NCBI GenBank assembly: GCA_964016885.1
Contig: CAXHJY010000161.1
Coordinates: 124,001 to 188,000, forward strand
DNA from: Eledone cirrhosa
Taxonomy: Eukaryota
Length of the DNA stretch: 64,000 nucleotides
Direction: 5' to 3'
Under the pieces are notes generated by a model. It saw nothing but the letters and a program-made list of their open reading frames with translations. It did not search any database and had not been told where the DNA came from. Made by a program: the position numbers and the translations under genes. Position 1 is the stretch's first letter. Each line of letters begins with the position of its first letter. Below are positions 46,001 to 61,100 of the stretch, piece by piece.

Positions 46001-47600
46001 TGACAGAGAAAACAGCAACAACAACAACAACACTGACACTGACAGAGAAAACAGCAACAACTACAACAACACTGGCACTGACACAGAAAACAGCAACAAC
46101 TACAACAACACTGGCACTGACAGAGAAAACAGCAACAACTACAACAACACTGGCACTGACAGAGAAAACAGCAACAACAACAACACTGGCACTGACACAG
46201 AAAACAGCAACAATTACAACAACACTGGCACTGACAGAGAAACCAGCAACAACTACAACAACACTGGCACAGACAGAGAAAACAGCAACAACTACAACAA
46301 CACTGGCACTGACACAGTAAACAGCAACAACTACAACAACACTGGCACTGACAGAGAAAACAGCAACAACAACAACACTGGCACTGACACAGAAAACAGC
46401 AACAACTACAACAACACTGACACTGACAGTGAAAATAGCAACAACAACACTGGCACTGACACAGAAAACAGCAACAACAACAACACTGGCACTGACACAG
46501 AAAACAGCAACAACAGCAACAACAGTGGCACTGACACAGAAAACAGCAACAATTACAACAACACTGGCACTGACAGAGAAAACAGCAACAACAAAAACAC
46601 TGGCACTGACACAGAAAACAGCAACAACTACAACAACACTAGCACTGACAGAGAAAACAGCAACAACTACAACAACACTGGCACTGACAGAGAAAACAGC
46701 AACAACTACAACAACACTGGCACTGACACAGAAAACAGCAACAACTACAACAACACTGGCACTGACACAGAAAACAGCAACAACAACACTGGCACTGACA
46801 GAGAAAACAGCAACAACAACACTGGCACTGACAGAGAAAACAGCAACAACGACAACACTGGCACAGACACAGAAAACAGCAACAACAACAGTGGCACTGA
46901 CACAGAAAACAGCAACAACTACAACAACACTGGCACTGACAGAGAAAACAGCAACAACAACAACACTGACACTGACACAGAAAACAGAAACAACTACAAC
47001 AACATTGGCACTGACAGAGAAAGCAGCAACAACTACAACAACACTGGCACTGACAGAGAAAACAGCAACAACTACAACAACACTGGCACTAACACAGAAA
47101 ACAGCAACAACTACAACATCACTGGCACTGACAGAGAAAACAGCAACAGCAACAACACTGGCACTGACAGTGAAGATAGCAACAACAACAACACTGGCAC
47201 TGACACAGAAAACAACAACAACAACAACAACACTGGCACTGACACAGAAAAGAGCAACAACTACAACAACACTGGCATTGACAGAGAAAACAGCAACAAC
47301 AACAACACTGGCACTGACAGTGAAAATGTCAACAACAACACTGGCACTGACAGAGAAAACAGCAACAACAACAACAACACTGGCACTGACAGAGAAAACA
47401 GCAACAACTACAACACTGGCACTGACAGAGAAAACAGCAACAACAACAACACTGGCACTGACAAAGAAAACAGCAACAACTACAACAACACTGGCACTGA
47501 CACAGAAAACAGCAACAACTACAACAAAACTGGCACTGACAGAGAAAACAGCAACAACTACAACAACACTGGCACTGACAGAGAAAACAGCAACAACACT
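43100..47600 (+). repeat. HOR domain C: three related copies with 1302 bp then ~1.7 kb spacing
   Basis: TAA ends at 43302, 44604 and 46320. GTG starts are at 43411, 44713 and 46429. TAG ends at 43887 and 45189. AAAATGTCA is at 44341, 45643 and 47323. Confidence 0.88.
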
Positions 47601-48099
47601 GGTACTGACACAGAAAACAGCAACAACTACAACAACACTGGCACTGACAGAGAAAACAGCAACAACTACAACAACACTGGCACTGACACAGAAAACAGCA
47701 ACAACTTCAACAACACTGGCACTGACAGAGAAAACAGCAACAACAACAACACTGGCACTGACACAGAAAACAGCAACAACTACAACAACACTGGCACTGA
47801 CAGAGAAAACAGCAAAAACTACAACAACACTGGCACTGACAGAGAAAACAGCAACAACTACAACAACACTGGCACTGACACTGAAAAAAGCAACAACTAC
47901 AACAACACTGGCACTGACACAGAAAACAGCAACAACTACAACAACACTGGCACTGACACAGAAAACAGCAACAACAACACTGGCACTGACACAGAAAACA
48001 GCAACAACAAAAACACTGGCACTGACAGAGAAAACAGCAACAACAACAACACTGGCACTGACAGAGAAAACAGCAACAACAACAACACCGGCACTGACA

Positions 48100-51000
48100 C
48101 AGAAAACAGCAACAACTACAACAACACTGGCACTGACAGAGAAAACAGCAACAATTACAACAACACTGGCACTGACAGAGAAAACAGCAACAACAACAAC
48201 ACTGGCACTGACACAGAAAACAGCAACAACTACAACACTGGCACTGACAGAGAAAACAGCAACAACTACAACAACACTGGCACTGACAGAGAAAACAGCA
48301 ACAGCAACAACACTGGCACTGACACAGAAAACAGCAACAACAGAAACAACAACACTGGCACTGACAGAGAAAACAGCAACAACAACACTGGCACTGACAC
48401 AGAAAGCAGCAACAACTACAACAACACTGGCACTGACAGAGAAAACAGCAACAACTACAACAACACTGGCACTGACACAGAAAACAGCAACAACTACAAC
48501 AACACTGGCACTGACAGAGAAAACAGCAACAACAACACTGGCACTGACACAGAAAACAGCAACAACTACAACACTGGCACTGACAGAGAAAACAGCAACA
48601 ACTACGACAACACTGGCACTGACGGAGAAAACAGCAACAACTACAACAACACTGGCACTGACACAGAAAACAGCAACAACTACAACAACACTGGCACTGA
48701 CACAGAAAACAGCAACAACTAAAACAACACCGGCACTGACACAGAAAACAGCAACAACTACAACAACACTGGCACGGAAAACAGCAACAACAGCAACAAC
48801 AACACTGGCACTGACACAGAAAACAGCAACAACAGCAACAACAACCGTGGCACTGACACAGAAAAGAGCAACAACAGCAACAATAACACTGGCACTGGCA
48901 CAGAAAACAGCAACAGCAATACTGGAACTGACACAGAAAACAGCAACAGTAACAACAACAACACTGGCACTGACACAGAAAACAGCAACAACAACAACAC
49001 TGGCACTGACACAGAAAACAGCAACAACAACAACACTGGCACTGACAGAGAAAACAGCAACAACTACAACACTGACACTGACAGAGAAAGCAGCAACAAC
49101 AACAACACTGTCACTGACAGAGAAAACAGCAACAACTAAAACAACACTGGCACTGACAGAGAAAACAGCAACAACTACAACACTGGCACTGACAGAGAAA
49201 ACAGCAACAACAACAACACTGGCACTGACAAAGAAAACAGCAACAACTACAACAACACTGGCACTGACACAGAAAACAGCAACAACTACAACAAAACTGG
49301 CACTGACAGAGAAAACAGCAACAACTACAACAACACTGGCACTGACAGAGAAAACAGCAACAACAACACTGGCACTGACACAGGAAACAGCAACAACTAC
49401 AACAACACTGGCACTGACAGAGAAAACAGCAACAACTACAACAACACTGGCACTGACACAGAAAACAGCAACAACTACAACAACACTGGCACTGACAGAG
49501 AAAACAGCAACAACAACAACACTGGCACTGACACAGAAAACAGCAACGACTACAACAACACTGGCACTGACAGAGAAAACAGCAACAACTACAACAACAC
49601 TGGCACTGACAGAGAAAACAGCAACAACTACAACAACACTGGCACTGACACTGAAAAATGCAACAACTACAACAACACTGGCACTGACACAGAAAACAGC
49701 AACAACTACAACAACACTGGCACTGACAGAGAAAACAGCAACAACAACAACAACACTGGCACTGACAGAGAAAACAGCAACAACTACAACACTGGCACTG
49801 ACAGAGAAAACAGCAACAACAACAACACTGGCACTGACAAAGAAAACAGCAACAACTACAACAACACTGGCACTGACACAGAAAACAGCAACAACTACAA
49901 CAAAACTGGCACTGACAGAGAAAACAGCAACAACTACAACAACACTGCCACTGACAGAGAAAACAGCAACAACACTGGCACTGACACAGAAAACAGCAAC
50001 AACTACAACAACGCTGGCACTGACAGAGAAAACAGCAACAACTACAACAACACTGGCACTGACACAGAAAACAGCAACAACTACAACAACACTGGCACTG
50101 ACAGAGAAAACAGCAACAACAACAACACTGGCACTGACAGAGAAAACAGCAACAACTACAACAACACTGGCACTGACAGAGAAAACAGCAACAACTACAA
50201 CAACACTGGCACTGACACTGAAAAAAGCAACAACTACAACAACACTGGCACTGACACAGAAAACAGCAACAATTACAACAACACTGGCACTGACAGAGAA
50301 AACAGCAACAACAACAACACTGGCACTGACAGAGAAAACAGCAACAACTACAACAACACTGGCACTGACAGAGAAAACAGCAACAACAACCACACTGGCA
50401 CTGACAGAGAAAACAGCAACAACAACAACACCGGCACTGACACAGAAAACAGCAACAACTACAACAACACTGGCACTGACAGAGAAAACAGCAACAATTA
50501 CAACAACACTGGCACTGACAGAGAAAACAGCAACAACAACAACACTGGCACTGACACAGAAAACAGCAACAACTACAACACTGGCACTGACAGAGAAAAC
50601 AGCAACAACTACAACAACACTGGCACTGACAGAGAAAACAGCAACAGCAACAACACTGGCACTGACAGAGAAAACAGCAACAACAACACTGGCACTGACA
50701 CAGAAAACAGCAACAACTACAACAACACTGGCACTGACAGAGAAAACAGCAACAACTACAACAACACTGGCACTGACACAGAAAACAGCAACAACTACAA
50801 CAACACTGGCACTGACAGAGAAAACAGCAACAACAACACTGGCACTGACACAGAAAACAGCAACAACTACAACAACACTGGCACTGACACAGTAAACAAC
50901 AACAACTACAACAACACTGGCACTGACAGAGAAAACAGCAACAACTACAACAACACTGGCACTGACACAGAAAACAGCAACAACTACAACAACACTGGCA

Positions 51001-54000
51001 CTGACACAGAAAACAGCAACAACTAAAACAACACCGGCACTGACACAGAAAACAGCAACAACTACAACAACACTGGCACGGAAAACAGCAACAACAGCAA
51101 CAACAACACTGGCACTGACACAGAAAACAGCAACAACAGCAACAACAACCGTGGCACTGACACAGAAAACAGCAACAACAGCAACAATAACACTGGCACT
51201 GGCACAGAAAACAGCAACAGCAATACTGGAACTAACACAGAAAACAGCAACAGTAACAACAACAACACTGGCACTGACACAGAAAACAGCAACAACAACA
51301 ACACTGGCACTGACACAGAAAACAGCAACAACAACAACACTGGCACTGACAGTGAAAATAGCAACAGCAACAACACTGGCACTGACAGAGAAAACAGCAA
51401 CAACTACAACACTGGCACTGACAGAGAAAACAGCAACAACAACAACACTGGCACTGACAAAGAAAACAGCAACAACTACAACAACACTGGCACTGACAGA
51501 GAAAACAGCAACAATTACAACAACACTGGCACTGACAGAGAAAACAGCAACAACAACAACACTGGCACTGACACAGAAAACAGCAACAACTACAACACTG
51601 GCACTGACAGAGAAAACAGCAACAACTACAACAACACTGGCACTGACAGAGAAAACAGCAACAGCAACAACACTGGCACTGACACAGAAAACAGCAACAA
51701 CAGAAACAACAACACTGGCACTGACAGAGAAAACAGCAACAACAACACTGGCACTGACACAGAAAGCAGCAACAACTACAACAACACTGGCACTGACAGA
51801 GAAAACAGCAACAACTACAACAACACTGGCACTGACACAGAAAACAGCAACAACTACAACAACACTGGCACTGACAGAGAAAACAGCAACAACAACACTG
51901 GCACTGACACAGAAAACAGCAACAACTACAACACTGGCACTGACAGAGAAAACAGCAACAACTACGACAACACTGGCACTGACGGAGAAAACAGCAACAA
52001 CTACAACAACACTGGCACTGACACAGAAAACAGCAACAACTACAACAACACTGGCACTGACACAGAAAACAGCAACAACTAAAACAACACCGGCACTGAC
52101 ACAGAAAACAGCAACAACTACAACAACACTGGCACGGAAAACAGCAACAACAGCAACAACAACACTGGCACTGACACAGAAAACAGCAACAACAGCAACA
52201 ACAACCGTGGCACTGACACAGAAAAGAGCAACAACAGCAACAATAACACTGGCACTGGCACAGAAAACAGCAACAGCAATACTGGAACTGACACAGAAAA
52301 CAGCAACAGTAACAACAACAACACTGGCACTGACACAGAAAACAGCAACAACAACAACACTGGCACTGACACAGAAAACAGCAACAACAACAACACTGGC
52401 ACTGACAGAGAAAACAGCAACAACTACAACACTGACACTGACAGAGAAAGCAGCAACAACAACAACACTGTCACTGACAGAGAAAACAGCAACAACTAAA
52501 ACAACACTGGCACTGACAGAGAAAACAGCAACAACTACAACACTGGCACTGACAGAGAAAACAGCAACAACAACAACACTGGCACTGACAAAGAAAACAG
52601 CAACAACTACAACAACACTGGCACTGACACAGAAAACAGCAACAACTACAACAAAACTGGCACTGACAGAGAAAACAGCAACAACTACAACAACACTGGC
52701 ACTGACAGAGAAAACAGCAACAACAACACTGGCACTGACACAGGAAACAGCAACAACTACAACAACACTGGCACTGACAGAGAAAACAGCAACAACTACA
52801 ACAACACTGGCACTGACACAGAAAACAGCAACAACTACAACAACACTGGCACTGACAGAGAAAACAGCAACAACAACAACACTGGCACTGACACAGAAAA
52901 CAGCAACGACTACAACAACACTGGCACTGACAGAGAAAACAGCAACAACTACAACAACACTGGCACTGACAGAGAAAACAGCAACAACTACAACAACACT
53001 GGCACTGACACTGAAAAATGCAACAACTACAACAACACTGGCACTGACACAGAAAACAGCAACAACTACAACAACACTGGCACTGACAGAGAAAACAGCA
53101 ACAACAACAACAACACTGGCACTGACAGAGAAAACAGCAACAACTACAACACTGGCACTGACAGAGAAAACAGCAACAACAACAACACTGGCACTGACAA
53201 AGAAAACAGCAACAACTACAACAACACTGGCACTGACACAGAAAACAGCAACAACTACAACAAAACTGGCACTGACAGAGAAAACAGCAACAACTACAAC
53301 AACACTGCCACTGACAGAGAAAACAGCAACAACACTGGCACTGACACAGAAAACAGCAACAACTACAACAACACTGGCACTGACAGAGAAAACAGCAACA
53401 ACTACAACAACACTGGCACTGACACAGAAAACAGCAACAACTACAACAACACTGGCACTGACAGAGAAAACAGCAACAACAACAACACTGGCACTGACAG
53501 AGAAAACAGCAACAACTACAACAACACTGGCACTGACAGAGAAAACAGCAACAACTACAACAACACTGGCACTGACACTGAAAAAAGCAACAACTACAAC
53601 AACACTGGCACTGACACAGAAAACAGCAACAATTACAACAACACTGGCACTGACAGAGAAAACAGCAACAACAACAACACTGGCACTGACAGAGAAAACA
53701 GCAACAACTACAACAACACTGGCACTGACAGAGAAAACAGCAACAACAACCACACTGGCACTGACAGAGAAAACAGCAACAACAACAACACCGGCACTGA
53801 CACAGAAAACAGCAACAACTACAACAACACTGGCACTGACAGAGAAAACAGCAACAATTACAACAACACTGGCACTGACAGAGAAAACAGCAACAACAAC
53901 AACACTGGCACTGACACAGAAAACAGCAACAACTACAACACTGGCACTGACAGAGAAAACAGCAACAACTACAACAACACTGGCACTGACAGAGAAAACA

Positions 54001-54850
54001 GCAACAGCAACAACACTGGCACTGACAGAGAAAACAGCAACAACAACACTGGCACTGACACAGAAAACAGCAACAACTACAACAACACTGGCACTGACAG
54101 AGAAAACAGCAACAACTACAACAACACTGGCACTGACACAGAAAACAGCAACAACTACAACAACACTGGCACTGACAGAGAAAACAGCAACAACAACACT
54201 GGCACTGACACAGAAAACAGCAACAACTACAACAACACTGGCACTGACACAGTAAACAACAACAACTACAACAACACTGGCACTGACAGAGAAAACAGCA
54301 ACAACTACAACAACACTGGCACTGACACAGAAAACAGCAACAACTACAACAACACTGGCACTGACACAGAAAACAGCAACAACTAAAACAACACCGGCAC
54401 TGACACAGAAAACAGCAACAACTACAACAACACTGGCACGGAAAACAGCAACAACAGCAACAACAACACTGGCACTGACACAGAAAACAGCAACAACAGC
54501 AACAACAACCGTGGCACTGACACAGAAAACAGCAACAACAGCAACAATAACACTGGCACTGGCACAGAAAACAGCAACAGCAATACTGGAACTAACACAG
54601 AAAACAGCAACAGTAACAACAACAACACTGGCACTGACACAGAAAACAGCAACAACAACAACACTGGCACTGACACAGAAAACAGCAACAACAACAACAC
54701 TGGCACTGACAGTGAAAATAGCAACAGCAACAACACTGGCACTGACAGAGAAAACAGCAACAACTACAACACTGGCACTGACAGAGAAAACAGCAACAAC
54801 AACAACACTGGCACTGACAAAGAAAACAGCAACAAATACAACAACACTGG
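48100..54850 (+). repeat. HOR domain D: near-identical 3360 bp tandem duplication
   Basis: TAA ends at 50895/54255 and ACCGTGG is at 48844/52204 and 51148/54508. CTGAAAAATG is at 49651/53011, and the CTGCCACTG and ACTACGACA variants are paired, all at +3360. Confidence 0.92.
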
Positions 54851-55199
54851 CACTGACACAGAAAACAGCAACAACTACAACAAAACTGGCACTGACAGAG
54901 AAAACAGCAACAACTACAACAACACTGGCACTGACAGAGAAAACAGCAACAACAACACTGGCACTGACACAGAAAACAGCAACAACTACAACAACACTGG
55001 CACTAACAGAGAAAACAGCAACAACTACAACAACACTGGCACTGACACAGAAAACAGCAACAACTACAACAACACTGGCACTGACAGAGAAAACAGCAAC
55101 AACAACAACACTGGCACTGACACAGAAAACAGCAACAACTACAACAACACTGGCACTGACAGAGAAAACAGCAACAACTACAACAACACTGGCACTGAC

Positions 55200-58100
55200 A
55201 GAGAAAACAGCAACAACTACAACAACACTGGCACTGACACTGAAAAAAGCAACAACTACAACAACACTGGCACTGACACAGAAAACAGCAACAACTACAA
55301 CAACACTGGCAGTGACACAGAAAACAGCAACAACAACAACACTGGCACTGACACAGAAAACAGCAACAACAAAAACACTGGCACTGACAGAGAAAACAGC
55401 AACAACAACAACAACACCGGCACTGACACAGAAAACAGCAACAACTATAACAACACTGGCACTGACAGAGAAAACAGCAACAACTACAACAACACTGGCA
55501 CTGACAGAGAAAACAGCAACAACAACAACACTGGCACTGACACAGAAAACAGCAACAACTACAACACTGGCACTGACAGAGAAAACAGCAACAACTACAA
55601 CAACACTGGCACTGACACAGAAAACAGCAACAACTACAACAACACTGGCACTGACAGAGAAAACAGCAACAGCAACAACACTGGCACTGACAGTGAAAAC
55701 AGCAACAACTACAACAACACTGGCACTGACACAGAAAACAGCAACAACTACAACAACACTGGCACTGACAGAGAAAACAGCAACAACTACAACAACACTG
55801 GCACTGACACAGAAAACAGCAACAACTACAACAACACTGGCACTGACAGAGAAAACAGCAACAACAACACTGGCACTGACACAGAAAACAGCAACAACTA
55901 CAGCAACACTGGCACTGACAGAGAAAACAGCAACAACTACAACAACACTGGCACTGACAGAGAAAACAGCAACAACTACAACAACACTGGCACTGACACA
56001 GAAAACAGCAACAACTACAACAACACTGGCACTGACACAGAAAACAGCAACAACCACAACAACACTGGCACTGACACAGAAAACAGCAACAACAACAACA
56101 CTGGCACTGACAGAGAAAACAGCAACAACTAAAACAACACCGGCACTGACACAGAAAACAGCAACAACTACAACAACACTGGCACGGAAAACAGCAACAG
56201 CAACAACAACACTGGCACTGACACAGAAAACAGCAACAACAGCAACAACAACCGTGGCACTGACACAGAAAACAGCAACAACAGCAACAATAACACTGGC
56301 ACTGGCACAGAAAACAGCAACAGCAATACTGGAACTGACACAGAAAACAGCAACAGTAACAACAACAACACTGGCACTGACACAGAAAACAGCAACAACA
56401 ACAACACTGGCACAGACACAGAAAACAGCAACAACAACAACACTGGCACTGACAGAGAAAACAGCAACAACTACAACACTGACACTGACAGAGAAAGCAG
56501 CAACAACAACAACACTGTCACTGACAGAGAAAACAGCAACAACTAAAACAACACTGGCACTGACAGAGAAAACAACAACAACTACAACACTGGCACTGAC
56601 AGAGAAAACAGCAACAACAACAACACTGGCACTGACAAAGAAAACAGCAACAACTACAACAACACTGGCACTGACACAGAAAACAGCAACAACTACAACA
56701 AAACTGGCACTGACAGAGAAAACAGCAACAACTACAACAACACTGGCACTGACAGAGAAAACAGCAACAACAACACTGGCACTGACACAGAAAACAGCAA
56801 CAACTACAACAACACTGGCACTGACAGAGAAAACAGCAACAACTACAACAACACTGGCACTGACACAGAAAACAGCAACAACTACAACAACACTGGCACT
56901 GACAGAGAAAACAGCAACAACAACAACACTGGCACTGACACAGAAAACAGCAACAACTACAACAACACTGGCACTGACAGAGAAAACAGCAACAACTACA
57001 ACAACACTGGCACTGACAGAGAAAACAGCAACAACTACAACAACACTGGCACTGACACTGAAAAAAGCAACAACTACAACAACACTGGCACTGACACAGA
57101 AAACAGCAACAACTACAACAACACTGGCACTGACAGAGAAAACAGCAACAACAACAACAACACTGGCACTGACAGAGAAAACAGCAACAACTACAACACT
57201 GGCACTGACAGAGAAAACAGCAACAACAACAACACTGGCACTGACAAAGAAAACAGCAACAACTACAACAACACAGGCACTGACACAGAAAACAGCAACA
57301 ACTACAACAAAACTGGCACTGACAGAGAAAACAGCAACAACTACAACAACACTGGCACTGACAGAGAAAACAGCAACAACACTGGCACTGACACAGAAAA
57401 CAGCAACAACTACAACAACACTGGCACTGACAGAGAAAACAGCAACAACTACAACAACACTGGCACTGACACAGAAAACAGCAACAACTACAACAACACT
57501 GGCACTGACAGAGAAAACAGCAACAACAACAACACTGGCACTGACACAGAAAACAGCAACAACTACAACAACACTGGCACTGACAGAGAAAACAGCAACA
57601 ACTACAACAACACTGGCACTGACAGAGAAAACAGCAACAACTACAACAACACTGGCACTGACACTGAAAAAAGCAACAACTACAACAACACTGGCACTGA
57701 CACAGAAAACAGCAACAACTACAACACTGGCACTGACAGAGAAAACAGCAACAACAACAACACTGGCACTGACACAGAAAACAGCAACAACTACAACAAC
57801 ACTGGCACTGACAGAGAAAACAGCAACAACTACAACAACACTGGCACTGACAGAGAAAACAGCAACAACTACAACAACACTGGCACTGACAGAGAAAACA
57901 GCAACAACTACAACAACACTGGCACTGACACTGAAAAAAGCAACAACTACAACAACACTGGCACTGACACAGAAAACAGCAACAACTACAACACTGGCAC
58001 TGACAGAGAAAACAGCAACAACAACAACACTGGCACTGACACAGAAAACAGCAACAACTACAACAACACTGGCACTGACAGAGAAAACAGCAACAACTAC

Positions 58101-61100
58101 AACAACACTGGCACTGACAGAGAAAACAGCAACAACTACAACAACACTGGCACTGACACTGAAAAAAGCAACAACTACAACAACACTGGCACTGACACAG
58201 AAAACAGCAACAACTACAACAACACTGGCAGTGACACAGAAAAGAGCAACAACAACAACACTGGCACTGACACAGAAAACAGCAACAACAAAAACACTGG
58301 CACTGACAGAGAAAACAGCAACAACAACAACAACACCGGCACTGACACAGAAAACAGCAACAACTACAACAACACTGGCACTGACAGAGAAGACAGCAAC
58401 AACTACAACAACACTGGCACTGACAGAGAAAACAGCAACAACAACAACACTGGCACTGACATAGAAAACAGCAACAACTACAACACTGGCACTGACAGAG
58501 AAAACAGCAACAACTACAACAACACTGGCACTGACACAGAAAACAGCAACAACTACAACAACACTGGCACTGACAGAGAAAACAGCAACAGCAACAACAC
58601 TGGCACTGACAGTGAAAACAGCAACAACTACAACAACACTGGCACTGACACAGAAAACAGCAACAACTACAACAACACTGGCACTGACAGAGAAAACAGC
58701 AACAACTACAACAACACTGGCACTGACACAGAAAACAGCAACAACTACAACAACACTGGCACTGACAGAGAAAACAGCAACAACAACACTGGCACTGACA
58801 CAGAAAACAGCAACAACTACAGCAACACTGGCACTGATAGAGAAAACAGCAACAACTACAACAACACTGGCACTGACAGAGAAAACAGCAACAACTACAA
58901 CAACACTGGCACTGACAGAGAAAACAGCAACAACTACAACAACACTGGCACTGACACTGAAAAAAGCAACAACTACAACAACACTGGCACTGACACAGAA
59001 AACAGCAACAATTACAACAACACTGGCACTGACACAGAAAACAGCAACAACAACACTGGCACTGACACAGAAAACAGCAACAACAAAAACACTGGCACTG
59101 ACAGAGAAAACAGAAACAACAACCACACTGGCACTGACAGAGAAAACAGCAACAACAACAACACCGGCACTGACACAGAAAACAGCAACAACTACAACAA
59201 CACTGGCACTGACAGAGAAAACAGCAACAATTACAACAACACTGGCACTGACAGAGAAAACAGCAACAACAACAACACTGGCACTGACACAGAAAACAGC
59301 AACAACTACAACACTGGCACTGACAGAGAAAACAGCAACAACTACAACAACACTGGCACTGACACAGAAAACAGCAACAACTACAACAACACTGGCACTG
59401 ACAGAGAAAACAGCAACAACTACAACAACACTGGCACTGACACAGAAAACAGCAACAACTACAACAACACTGGCACTGACAGAGAAAACAGCAACAACAA
59501 CACTGGCACTGACACAGAAAACAGCAACAACTACAGCAACACTGGCACTGACAGAGAAAACAGCAACAACTACAACAACACTGGCACTGACAGAGAAAAC
59601 AGCAACAACTACAACAACACTGGCACTGACACAGAAAACAGCAACAACTACAACAACACTGGCACTGACACAGAAAACAGCAACAACCACAACAACACTG
59701 GCACTGACACAGAAAACAGCAACAACAACAACACTGGCACTGACAGAGAAAACAGCAACAACTAAAACAACACCGGCACTGACACAGAAAACAGCAACAA
59801 CTACAACAACACTGGCACGGAAAACAGCAACAGCAACAACAACACTGGCACTGACACAGAAAACAGCAACAACAGCAACAACAACCGTGGCACTGACACA
59901 GAAAACAGCAACAACAGCAACAATAACACTGGCACTGGCACAGAAAACAGCAACAGCAATACTGGAACTGACACAGAAAACAGCAACAGTAACAACAACA
60001 ACACTGGCACTGACACAGAAAACAGCAACAACAACAACACTGGCACAGACACAGAAAACAGCAACAACAACAACACTGGCACTGACAGAGAAAACAGCAA
60101 CAACTACAACACTGACACTGACAGAGAAAGCAGCAACAACAACAACACTGTCACTGACAGAGAAAACAGCAACAACTAAAACAACACTGGCACTGACAGA
60201 GAAAACAACAACAACTACAACACTGGCACTGACAGAGAAAACAGCAACAACAACAACACTGGCACTGACAAAGAAAACAGCAACAACTACAACAACACTG
60301 GCACTGACACAGAAAACAGCAACAACTACAACAAAACTGGCACTGACAGAGAAAACAGCAACAACTAAAACAACACTGGCACTGACAGAGAAAACAGCAA
60401 CAACAACACTGGCACTGACACAGAAAACAGCAACAACTACAACAACACTGGCACTGACAGAGAAAACAGCAACAACTACAACAACACTGGCACTGACACA
60501 GAAAACAGCAACAACTACAACAACACTGGCACTGACAGAGAAAACAGCAACAACAACAACACTGGCACTGACACAGAAAACAGCAACAACTACAACAACA
60601 CTGGCACTGACAGAGAAAACAGCAACAACTACAACAACACTGGCACTGACAGAGAAAACAGCAACAACTACAACAACACTGGCACTGACACTGAAAAAAG
60701 CAACAACTACAACAACACTGGCACTGACACAGAAAACAGCAACAACTACAACAACACTGGCACTGACAGAGAAAACAGCAACAACAACAACAACACTGGC
60801 ACTGACAGAGAAAACAGCAACAACTACAACACTGGCACTGACAGAGAAAACAGCAACAACAACAACACTGGCACTGACAAAGAAAACAGCAACAACTACA
60901 ACAACACAGGCACTGACACAGAAAACAGCAACAACTACAACAAAACTGGCACTGACAGAGAAAACAGCAACAACTACAACAACACTGGCACTGACAGAGA
61001 AAACAGCAACAACACTGGCACTGACACAGAAAACAGCAACAACTACAACAACACTGGCACTGACAGAGAAAACAGCAACAACACTGGCACTGACACAGAA

